A DNA stretch of 64,000 nucleotides from an uncultured Oceanococcus sp. (GTDB lineage: Bacteria > Pseudomonadota > Gammaproteobacteria > Nevskiales > Oceanococcaceae). The stretch lies in contig CAZVMN010000007.1 of the NCBI GenBank assembly GCA_964629015.1, forward strand, positions 86,590 to 150,589. The letters run 5' to 3'. Each line of letters begins with the position of its first letter. The stretch's first letter is position 1. Positions 37,987 through 46,332 of the stretch are shown piece after piece. The notes under the pieces were generated by a model that was not told the DNA's origin, searched no databases, and saw nothing but the letters and a program-made list of their open reading frames with translations. Made by a program: the position numbers and the translations under genes.

Positions 37987-40032
37987 CTAGTGTTGCAGTT
38001 CAATGGTCAGCGCTGAAGCCGCATTGCAAAGCGGCGTGTCCGATTCAAAATCCCCGTTGCTGTCATTTTCAAACAGATCAAAGGCGGACACCGCGCTACA
38101 CAGGCCATTGCCGCTGACCCGATAGCGAATGCTCTGGGCGTTCACGATTTGCGCATCGACAGCCACATCAAGCAGTTGCATGGTGATGTCGCGGTCATCA
38201 CCATCGGAGTGAGTCACCTGTATGGTGTGCGCCGTTTTGCAGGTCTGCGGATCGACTTGAAGAACAATCGCACCGCGGGAGCTATCACCACCGCTTTGAT
38301 TGCTGAACGCGAAGCCGAACGCCCGATTGTTTTGCTCGCTGCCGAGATCCTGCCGCGGACAGGGCACATTGCCGAACCCCGGGTAGCTGTGATCGTCGTT
38401 CACAGCACGGACCTGAGCAAATCCATCCTCCCCAGCGGCGTCGGGATAGAACACACCGTCGGCGTTCACATTGAGCGTGAAACGCGCACGGCTCACGCTG
38501 GAAAAATCGAAATCAGCGGGTTCGGGCTCATTGTCCGGCTCGCCTTCAAACACCACGCTGCGCCGCTGGCTGACCGATTGCGCGGTTGCCGTGTTGCTCG
38601 CCGACACCGTCACAACATCCACGGTGTCGGCTTGGGTGGCGGCTGGCACCTGCATGGAAATGCTGCGTCGATTGTTCGAACTGGTGAGCGAATTGGCGGC
38701 CACGGTGCTTCCACCACGCTCAGCTGAGAGCGCGATATCCGCGCCCTGCACACACGACAGGGTGGCACTCGCGGTATACGGTTGATCAAGTTGCGGCGTT
38801 GCCGGCGAGGTCACAAAACGATCCACACTGGGGCTCAGATCGTTGATCACCAACGTCGGAAAGGGTCCCGCCGCGTTGGCGCTACGCTGCTCCGAAGTGA
38901 CGATCCCGCGCGGTTGCGAACCGGGCGCAGCGATGGATGCCCCGGCCTGGAAATCCGCAATGGCCTGCAAGGACACCTGGTCCAGGCCGACGGCGGAATC
39001 GACAGCATTCAATGCCCCTTCCACGTCACACAGGCGATCCAGCATGCTCGGCGTATCCGGCGATGCGCTGAAACTCTGACCCAGGGTGTTACAGGCGAAC
39101 GTACCGCCTGCCAGTGTGGCCAAACATAATGCGCCGGCAGCGCCACCCGTGATCGGTGCGGCCGGCGTGGCCGACGCCAGCACCGCAACCTGCGCGCAGA
39201 ACCCGGCTTGAAACGTCGGGTCGCCGACCAATTGGCTGCCCGCCGGCGAAGCCGCGGGATTGAACACCAGACAGGCTTGATTGAGCAGACTGGAAAAGCC
39301 CGTGCACACCGACTCCAGCTGATCCGGCACATCGATAGGCTGACGCACCGGGACGCGGGCCACGTATCGCCCGGTCTGGCCGGTGGACCAGGCTGGATAG
39401 CGCCCGCTGGACGCGACGCTCAGGCTGGCGAAATTGACCACCACGCCACCGCTGGGATTCACCGCGGTGTCACATTTGGCCACATCCACGGTGACATTGC
39501 CGACCGGTTCAGCGGCTTGCAGCTGAGCCAAGGCATCATCCAGATCCACAATCACCGGGCTGTCCAAACTCACCACACCGCCGATCGAGCGCGCCTCATC
39601 ACCATCGTTGCTGATGATGTCGATGCCTATGCTACTGACGCTACGCGTCGCATTGGCGCCATCCGCTTTCAAGCGTTTCTGTACCGCTTGTCCATCGCTG
39701 TCCAGGTAGGTGAGGCGGATGACATTGCCACGTTCATCGGCGCCACGAATGGGCAAGCCAAACTCATCCACTCCGATCTCGTAGGTTTTGCCCTGCGTGT
39801 CCTGGTAGGACAAATGGGTGATCGCTGTCGGCACACCGTCGCCATCACGCTGGCCAAAAAACGTCACCTGTTCGCCGTTGTCCGCATCCAGTTTGTACAC
39901 CGCGCTGTCGTCCGGATTGACGTAAACGGTGCGCTCGGAAATCGAAGCACCCCCGCCACCTCCACCGCCGCCGCACGCCATCAAAGCCAGTGCAAATCCA
40001 CTCAAAATCGCGCCGCGCCAGTCCGTTGTCAT
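37987..40032 (-). CDS. orphan Cys-rich lipoprotein of unknown function
   Basis: Lipobox LMAC followed by G8. 681 aa, rich in Ser/Ala/Asp/Val and with many Cys. No domain recognised. Same strand as the 7TMR-DISM kinase gene and 80 nt upstream of it. Confidence 0.5.
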   Translation of the reverse strand: MTTDWRGAILSGFALALMACGGGGGGGGASISERTVYVNPDDSAVYKLDADNGEQVTFFGQRDGDGVPTAITHLSYQDTQGKTYEIGVDEFGLPIRGADERGNVIRLTYLDSDGQAVQKRLKADGANATRSVSSIGIDIISNDGDEARSIGGVVSLDSPVIVDLDDALAQLQAAEPVGNVTVDVAKCDTAVNPSGGVVVNFASLSVASSGRYPAWSTGQTGRYVARVPVRQPIDVPDQLESVCTGFSSLLNQACLVFNPAASPAGSQLVGDPTFQAGFCAQVAVLASATPAAPITGGAAGALCLATLAGGTFACNTLGQSFSASPDTPSMLDRLCDVEGALNAVDSAVGLDQVSLQAIADFQAGASIAAPGSQPRGIVTSEQRSANAAGPFPTLVINDLSPSVDRFVTSPATPQLDQPYTASATLSCVQGADIALSAERGGSTVAANSLTSSNNRRSISMQVPAATQADTVDVVTVSASNTATAQSVSQRRSVVFEGEPDNEPEPADFDFSSVSRARFTLNVNADGVFYPDAAGEDGFAQVRAVNDDHSYPGFGNVPCPRQDLGSEQNNRAFGFAFSNQSGGDSSRGAIVLQVDPQTCKTAHTIQVTHSDGDDRDITMQLLDVAVDAQIVNAQSIRYRVSGNGLCSAVSAFDLFENDSNGDFESDTPLCNAASALTIELQH

Positions 40033-40182
40033 GCCCCTGCTCCGCTGTGATTCGTTCGGCCACCTACGCTAGAACAGCCCCCTTGAGGACACCATGAGCA
40101 GTCCTACTCATTTTTTTGAATGGCGCGGTGCGCGGCGAAGTAGTCCTAGCTGAGTAGGCGAACAGCGCCAGCCGATGGCAGC

Positions 40183-42462
40183 GTGGAGGCTTGTAATCGC
40201 ATGACAGAGCTCCAGCCGATGAAACAGCGCAAACACACCTTCTGCCGCATCTGCGAAGCCAGCTGCGGACTGGAAGCCGAGCTTGAGGATGGTCGTATCG
40301 TTGAGTTGCGACCCAATCGCGCGCACATGGGCACCGATGGTTTTGCCTGCATGAAAGGTTTGAACCAGCACAAAATGTATGACTCGCCCGATCGGCTGCG
40401 CTATCCGCTGAAACGTGTCGGCCAGCATTTTGAGCGCATCAGCTGGGCGCAGGCCTATGCCGAGATTGGTGCCAAGGTCAAAGCCCTGCGCCAACGCAGC
40501 GCACGCTCCTTGTCGATGTACGTGGGCACAGCCGCCGGTTTCAGCATCTTGCATCCGATCTTTGCCGAGGGCTTCATGCAGGGGCTGGGTTCACCCAATA
40601 TTTTTTCCTCATCGACCCAGGATTGCGCCAACCGCTTTGCCGCGGCCAATGAAATTTACGGCTTTCCCTTTTGTCAGCCGTTTGTCGATCTCGACCATGT
40701 GAAATTCATGCTCATCGTCGGGACCAATCCGGTGGTCTCCAAGTGGACCTTTTTGCAGGTTGCCCATCCGGTCAAACGACTCAAGGAAGTCCTCAGCCGC
40801 GGGGCGCAAATCGTCGTGGTCGACCCGCGGTATACCGAAACTGCCAAGGTCGCCAGCGACCATCAGTTCATTCGTCCCAACACGGATGTGTTCTTCTTCC
40901 TGTCCTTCTTGCATGAACTGTTCGCCCAAGGCGGTGTGGATCGCACACATGCGGCCAAGTACATGAATGGCGTGGACGAATTGCAGGCGCTATCCGCAGC
41001 TTGGCCGGCCAGCCGCACAGCGGATTTGACCGGCATAGACGAACCCCGCCTGAAACAGCTGGTTGGCGACTACATCGTGGCTGGTGCATCGGCTATCGTG
41101 ACCGGGACCGGTCTGGGCATGGGCAAACACGGCACCCTGGCCCAGTGGTTGGCCGAAGCGATCAACGCGCTGAGCGGAAACCTCGATCGGCAGGGCGGCA
41201 CGCTTGTTGGCAAAGGCCTGTTCGATTTCGCCGCCTATGCGAAAAAAGAGAAACTGTTCGAGCGCCACGAGCGCTCCCGTATCGGTGATTTCTTCGAGCT
41301 CAACGGCGGCTTCCCGGGCGGCATTCTGGCCGACGAGATTTTGCAGCCTGGCGAGGATCGCATCCGCGCGCTGTTCGTCACTGGCGGCAATCCGCTGCTG
41401 ACCATGCCCAATGCGGCGCGGCTGCGCGAAGCCTTGAGCGAATTGGAGCTGTTGGTTGTGACCGACATCTACCTCAATGAAACCGCTAGCCTCGCGCACT
41501 ATGTGCTGCCGGCGACCTCACCGCTGGAACGCCCCGACCTGCCTTTCGTATTCCCCTTGTTTCTGGGCATGCAATCCAAGCCTTATGTCGCCGCCACGGA
41601 CGCCATTGTCGAACCCGATGGCGAGCAAAAGGATGAAGCGACCATCTACACCGAGCTGGCGCGCGCCTGTGGGGTGAGCCTTTTCAAGGCCAAACCCCTG
41701 CAGTGGATGCTGCAAGCCTTGCTGGCCGCCAACACACCATGGCGGCGCGGCAAGCCGCGCGCCCTGCCGGTGCGCCTGATCCTGGACCTGATCCTGCGAC
41801 TGAGCAAAACCGGGCGCTTTCGCGATCTGGCAGCCAAGCCCAACGGCATGGATTGGAAGGGCGGTGCCACGCCGGGCACTTATCTGGGTCAGCGTGTGGT
41901 GACCGATGACGGCAAACTGCACCTGGCCCCCGAACGTCTGATGCAACAAACCGCAAGACTGGACGACATTTTCCATGCGGAAATGGCCAGCTATCAGGGC
42001 GGTGAGATGCGTCTGATCAGCAAACGCATGCATAGCACCCACAACTCCTGGACGCAAAACATTGAGGAGTTGACCAACGGGCGTATGGGCCAGACCAATT
42101 ATCTGTACATGCACCCCGAGGATGCCGCAGCCAAAGGCTTGGGTGAGTACGATGCGGCCGACATCCAGTCAAAAACGGCAACCATCCGGCTGCCCGTCAA
42201 ACTGCTCGACACCTTGCTACCGGGGACTGTGGCGGTGCCGCATGGCTGGGGTCATCAGCATGCCCGTGGACTCGGTGTTGCGAGCAAGCTGGCCGGGGCC
42301 AACGTCAATCTGCTGGCCGCTGATGGAATCGACGCGGTGGAACCGGTATCCGGCATGGCCCATCTCAGCGGCATTCCGGTCAGTATCGAAAAGGCCGCCG
42401 GGCCGATTGATCCGGCCAGTTGGTCGGGCATTGCGCCACAATCCGCAACGGCCTCTGCGTAA
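40183..42462 (+). CDS. cytoplasmic molybdopterin (bis-MGD) oxidoreductase family protein
   Basis: N-terminal Fe-S cluster motif CRICEASCG...CMKG, a candidate Mo-ligand region TQDCANRF, and a C-terminal molydopterin-dinucleotide-binding region. No Tat signal. The start may be one of the internal Met codons (about 40201). Confidence 0.82.
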   Translation: MEACNRMTELQPMKQRKHTFCRICEASCGLEAELEDGRIVELRPNRAHMGTDGFACMKGLNQHKMYDSPDRLRYPLKRVGQHFERISWAQAYAEIGAKVKALRQRSARSLSMYVGTAAGFSILHPIFAEGFMQGLGSPNIFSSSTQDCANRFAAANEIYGFPFCQPFVDLDHVKFMLIVGTNPVVSKWTFLQVAHPVKRLKEVLSRGAQIVVVDPRYTETAKVASDHQFIRPNTDVFFFLSFLHELFAQGGVDRTHAAKYMNGVDELQALSAAWPASRTADLTGIDEPRLKQLVGDYIVAGASAIVTGTGLGMGKHGTLAQWLAEAINALSGNLDRQGGTLVGKGLFDFAAYAKKEKLFERHERSRIGDFFELNGGFPGGILADEILQPGEDRIRALFVTGGNPLLTMPNAARLREALSELELLVVTDIYLNETASLAHYVLPATSPLERPDLPFVFPLFLGMQSKPYVAATDAIVEPDGEQKDEATIYTELARACGVSLFKAKPLQWMLQALLAANTPWRRGKPRALPVRLILDLILRLSKTGRFRDLAAKPNGMDWKGGATPGTYLGQRVVTDDGKLHLAPERLMQQTARLDDIFHAEMASYQGGEMRLISKRMHSTHNSWTQNIEELTNGRMGQTNYLYMHPEDAAAKGLGEYDAADIQSKTATIRLPVKLLDTLLPGTVAVPHGWGHQHARGLGVASKLAGANVNLLAADGIDAVEPVSGMAHLSGIPVSIEKAAGPIDPASWSGIAPQSATASA

Positions 42463-43752
42463 TCAGGCGCCGCTGGTAAACACCGGCCAAGTGTCGACGA
42501 TCGCACCATCGTCGTACACCGCGATGTCGCCGAACTGCAGGAATACGAACTCGGACTGACGCGGACGCAGGAACACCATATCGCCGACGCCCAATTCAAC
42601 CTGCTCGGAACCGTTGAGCAGATCCTGATTGGTCGAATGTCCCCAGATGGCATTGCGCTGCAAACCGGGCGGCGAAACGCTGTCGGCCAGCCAGTAGCCG
42701 CCGTAGATGTAAAAGGCTTGTGCGGTGTTGGGGTCCCACGCACGCATCACCCCGGTCATGGATTCCAGACCGGGCAAATCTGTCCGGTTCAGTGCCTTGA
42801 GCACCGGGGTGGCAATAAAGCTGGCCGGTTGATTGTCAGCCAGGGCCGGCACATCAAAGTCGGACGGCATAACCAGACCCGACCCCATGGCCAACTCATT
42901 GCAGGGCGCGCTGTTGTCGTACATGGAAAACGTCGAGCTGCCGCCCGCATTGAGCGTGTAAGCCGACGGATCATAGGCGCTGCCCATGCGCTCACGCAGC
43001 ACATCCAATGCAGTGCTGTAGCGCTGCATGGCCATATCCAGCGCTTTGCGCGGCCCACCCAGAAACCCTGGCATTTTGGACGCATGGGCTTCGTAGCCCA
43101 TGAAGCCGGCAAAGCTCAGCGAAGGTGACTGCTCCACCACCCGCAGCACCTCAGCCACGTCCGAAGCTTCGCGCAAACCACCGCGGTGCAAGCCCACATC
43201 CAACTCCAAGTTGACGCGCATCGGACCAAGCCCCTCAGCCTGACGCGCCGTGGCAAGCTCGGCATATTCACGCGCACGCTGGGGCGTGTCGATCAGCCAT
43301 TCGATCTGCGAGGCCGGATCAAAACCCGGGTTCCGGTGCCTGTCGAAGAATCGCTGCGCGGCGCCCACCGGCATGGGTTTGCCGAGCAGGACGCGCGCAT
43401 CGCTCATCTGCGCACCGACCAGATTGAGAAACGGCTGATGGAACACCATCAGGCGATCCGTGCCGGTGGCGTCGCGCACCGCCTGGATTAACGGCAGGCT
43501 GGGCAAAGATTTGGCGACGATGCGGTAGGCCATCTGCGACGGCAGATGGGCCTTGAGTTGGCCAATGTTGTGCTGCAGGCGTGCCCTGTCGATCACCAAT
43601 GTGGGTCGAAACAACCCCGCCTGAGCCAGTGCGTTCTGCACCGCGCGAAAGTATTCATCGTGCCGCCCGCTTTGTGCGGTGGGACGTAGGGCGACGGCTG
43701 CAGCGGGCGCGGCGATCGCAGCCCCAAGCAATAAACGGCGACGGCGATTCAT
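42463..43752 (-). CDS. Tat-exported PLP enzyme of the alanine-racemase-fold/DSD1 (D-serine dehydratase / D-threonine aldolase-like) family
   Basis: Twin-arginine leader MNRRRRLLLGAAIAAPAAAVA. Ala_racemase_N-like barrel with a candidate PLP Lys in YRIVAKSLPS, followed by a C-terminal beta domain. Confidence 0.68.
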   Translation of the reverse strand: MNRRRRLLLGAAIAAPAAAVALRPTAQSGRHDEYFRAVQNALAQAGLFRPTLVIDRARLQHNIGQLKAHLPSQMAYRIVAKSLPSLPLIQAVRDATGTDRLMVFHQPFLNLVGAQMSDARVLLGKPMPVGAAQRFFDRHRNPGFDPASQIEWLIDTPQRAREYAELATARQAEGLGPMRVNLELDVGLHRGGLREASDVAEVLRVVEQSPSLSFAGFMGYEAHASKMPGFLGGPRKALDMAMQRYSTALDVLRERMGSAYDPSAYTLNAGGSSTFSMYDNSAPCNELAMGSGLVMPSDFDVPALADNQPASFIATPVLKALNRTDLPGLESMTGVMRAWDPNTAQAFYIYGGYWLADSVSPPGLQRNAIWGHSTNQDLLNGSEQVELGVGDMVFLRPRQSEFVFLQFGDIAVYDDGAIVDTWPVFTSGA

Positions 43753-43761
43753 GACAACTCC

Positions 43762-45177
43762 TCAGGCGACGCCGAACAGCTGGCGCAAATATGGATTGAG
43801 CATGCGCCCCTGCGGGTCCAAGGCTTCACGCACGGTCAAAAACTCCTGCCAGCGCGGATAACGCGCCGCCAGTTGCTGCGGTGTCAGCGTGTGCATCTTG
43901 CCCCAGTGCGGACGCCCTTCGTATGGCTGGTAGATCGGTTCCAGGCTGGCAAAGTACGGCAGCGGATCTTCCTTGTGATAACGATGCACCGCGATGGAAC
44001 CGGACACCGCGTGGCCCTGAAAGGGCGACAACATGGCGTCATCACCGCGCACCACCCGGATTTCGATGGGGAAAAACTCTTCGTGATGTTGCGATTCAAT
44101 GCGTTCGCGCACCTGTTTGAACGCCGGCATCAGGGCCTCGGATGGCAAGTGATATTCCATCTCGTTGAAACGCACTTCGCGGCTGGATGGGAAGATGCGA
44201 TACCACAGATCGACCGCCTCTTCCGGCTCGAAGTCGCCGGTGGCCATGTCGAGCAGGCGACGCCGCATCCCCGGCCACCATGACAACCAGTCGCGCAGCT
44301 GTTTGATCTGCATCACCGCATCGTTGTCCTGCTCGGGTCCGCGCGGCTGCACATCCTCGTCAGTAGGGTTGATGGCAATCGCCATCGCTTGGCTACAGAA
44401 CGGGATGTAATACATCTCGAAACTGTGATTTTCCCGAACCAATTGATCAAAGTTCTCGATGAGCTCGTCAATCGGTGCCAGCCAGCTGCGCCGTTTGAGC
44501 TTGTGCGTCGGCACGTTCTGCAAGGTCATCTCGGTGATCACGCCGAGACTGCCGAGGGACACTTTGGCCGCGCTAAACACCTCAGGGTTGGTCTGTGCGC
44601 TGCAATCCAGCACCTCGCCATTGGGCGTGACCAAGCGCAGGCTTTTTACATAGCTATGCAGCGCACCCAGCTGAGCGCCGGTGCCATGAGTTGCGGTGCC
44701 GATGGCGCCGGCCAGGGTTTGCGAGTCGATGTCCGGCATATTGGCCAGCGCCTGGCCCACCTCATCCAGCATCGGCCCCAGATCACCCAGGCGCGTGCCA
44801 GCGCCGAGCGTCGCGGTCATGGCGGTGCTGTCATGCGACTTCAAGCCGGCGAAATTGCGCAAGGACAGCAATGTGCCATCGGTGGGCACCAACGCGGTGA
44901 ACGAATGCCCAGCCCCAACCGGGCGGATCGGTGCCGGTGTCTGGCGCAGAATGTCGGCCAGTTCACCTTCATCTTTGGGCACCAGACGCTGCACCGGCAC
45001 ACCGAATTGGTAGCCCGACCAGTTCTGCCAGGGGATCAAACGTTTGCCATCGGGCCCGGTGGTGGGTGCTGGCGCCTGCGGCATGTTGGACGCACCGTGG
45101 TCATCGCAACCGGCCAAGCCGACGCCGCTGGCTGCCGCCACCGACGACAGCAACATCTCACGTCGATTCATCGCCAT
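43762..45177 (-). CDS. Tat-exported lipoprotein flavoenzyme, VAO/PCMH fold with aldonolactone oxidase (ALO/GULO) C-terminal domain
   Basis: Tat motif NRREMLL plus lipobox LAGC. FAD_binding_4 region with PVGAGHSF (position of the flavinylated His in GULO-type enzymes). GRPHWGKMH is an ALO-family signature. Confidence 0.8.
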   Translation of the reverse strand: MAMNRREMLLSSVAAASGVGLAGCDDHGASNMPQAPAPTTGPDGKRLIPWQNWSGYQFGVPVQRLVPKDEGELADILRQTPAPIRPVGAGHSFTALVPTDGTLLSLRNFAGLKSHDSTAMTATLGAGTRLGDLGPMLDEVGQALANMPDIDSQTLAGAIGTATHGTGAQLGALHSYVKSLRLVTPNGEVLDCSAQTNPEVFSAAKVSLGSLGVITEMTLQNVPTHKLKRRSWLAPIDELIENFDQLVRENHSFEMYYIPFCSQAMAIAINPTDEDVQPRGPEQDNDAVMQIKQLRDWLSWWPGMRRRLLDMATGDFEPEEAVDLWYRIFPSSREVRFNEMEYHLPSEALMPAFKQVRERIESQHHEEFFPIEIRVVRGDDAMLSPFQGHAVSGSIAVHRYHKEDPLPYFASLEPIYQPYEGRPHWGKMHTLTPQQLAARYPRWQEFLTVREALDPQGRMLNPYLRQLFGVA

Positions 45178-45178
45178 A

Positions 45179-45541
45179 TCACTGCCCCGCCATGTAGTTG
45201 ATCAGAGCAATGAAATCGTCTTCGCTGCAATCCATGCAAGCACCCAGCGGCGGCATGCCGTTGTAGCCATTGATGGTGTGTTCAACGAGCACGTCCATGC
45301 CCTGCTTCATGCGCGGTGCCCAGGCGGCCTGATCACCAGCCATCGGCGCGCCGGTGCGCGATGAGGCATGACAGGCCCGGCAGGTTTGATCGTAAACACG
45401 GGCCAGCGCCGGATCCGCCGGCGGTGGTGGCGGCGTGACGGAAGCCTGCGTTGTCGATGCCGGTGTCGCTGAATCCCCGCAAGCGCTCAACATCAGCGCC
45501 AAAGCGCCAAACACCGGCGCCATCCCCAAGCCACTTTTCAT
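45179..45541 (-). CDS. lipoprotein monohaem c-type cytochrome (cytochrome c5-like)
   Basis: Lipobox MLSAC, a Pro-rich linker, the haem site CRACH and a distal Met in GYNGMPPLG. Start trimmed to MKSGLGM (the ORF track extends to 45601). 1-nt gap to the flavoprotein gene. Confidence 0.8.
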   Translation of the reverse strand: MKSGLGMAPVFGALALMLSACGDSATPASTTQASVTPPPPPADPALARVYDQTCRACHASSRTGAPMAGDQAAWAPRMKQGMDVLVEHTINGYNGMPPLGACMDCSEDDFIALINYMAGQ

Positions 45542-45604
45542 GCTGTGTGTCCTCACTGTGTCGCCGTCATGGACTGGCAACAGTTCGATACTCTTTCGCA
45601 AATT

Positions 45605-45621
45605 ACATACTCAGGGTATGT
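45605..45621. promoter_or_regulatory. inverted repeat acatac-N5-gtatgt overlapping the TetR start codon (candidate operator)
   Basis: Lies in the roughly 75-nt divergent region between the cytochrome c gene and the TetR gene. Short, so it may be a chance match. Confidence 0.3.
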
Positions 45622-46298
45622 TTATGTCAACACAACACCGGATTCGCCGCTCGTCCATGGCACCACAAGCCGCCCATAAAACATCCACTCGCACCGCGCG
45701 TCGGCGCCCGCAAGCGCGCGGCATCGCGACGCGCGAGCGCCTGTTGAGTGCGGCCGAGGCGCTATTCATCGATGAAGGCTATGACGATGTCAGCATCGAC
45801 CGCATCGTTGCCGCTGCCGCCGTCACCAAGGGCGCGTTCTATCACCACTTTGGCGACAAGCTGGCGATCTTCCGGGAAGTTTTCGAGGCCATCGATCAAG
45901 AAATGGCCGATTTGGTGCGCGAGCGCGCGATGACAGCCGAAACACCTCTCGGCATTGTTCAACGCGGCGTGCGCACCTGTTTTGAGCTGTGCACCCAACC
46001 GCGCTACGGGCGTTTTGTCTACATCACCGCACCGCCGGTGATTGGTTGGACCGGTTGGTATGAAACGGACAACGCCATCTCGCGCGAGATCGTGATGGCG
46101 GGCTTGCAAAACGCGGTTGAGCTGGGGGAGCTCGCGCCGTTGTCGGTGTCATCACTCACCACCCTGTTGATGGGGCTGGTTCTGCAAGGCGCGATTGCGG
46201 TCGTGACTTCAGACACGCCCGATCAGACGGCGGCGGAGTTGGCAGCCGAGGCGGACCATCTTTTGCTTGCACTTGCAGCACAGGCCAAATCGGATTGA
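45618..46298 (+). CDS. TetR/AcrR family transcriptional regulator
   Basis: HTH region RERLLSAAEALFIDEGYDDVSIDRIVAAAAVTKGAFYHHFGDK. Start trimmed to MFMSTQH; the upstream part of the 287-aa ORF overlaps the cytochrome gene region. Confidence 0.85.
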   Translation: MFMSTQHRIRRSSMAPQAAHKTSTRTARRRPQARGIATRERLLSAAEALFIDEGYDDVSIDRIVAAAAVTKGAFYHHFGDKLAIFREVFEAIDQEMADLVRERAMTAETPLGIVQRGVRTCFELCTQPRYGRFVYITAPPVIGWTGWYETDNAISREIVMAGLQNAVELGELAPLSVSSLTTLLMGLVLQGAIAVVTSDTPDQTAAELAAEADHLLLALAAQAKSD

Positions 46299-46332
46299 TG
46301 GCTGTGCACACCTCAAGGAACAGGGGATTGAG

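Noticed and set aside
39950-39980. Gly8 codon run in the lipoprotein gene as a slippage-prone phase-variation tract.
   Set aside because: The glycines use mixed codons (ggc/ggt/gga/ggg) rather than a homopolymeric or perfect trinucleotide tract, so slipped-strand phase variation is unlikely.
40033-40182. Moco riboswitch call upstream of the molybdoenzyme gene.
   Set aside because: I could not align the region to the Moco motif consensus from memory. It is kept only as a low-interest finding to be tested with Rfam.
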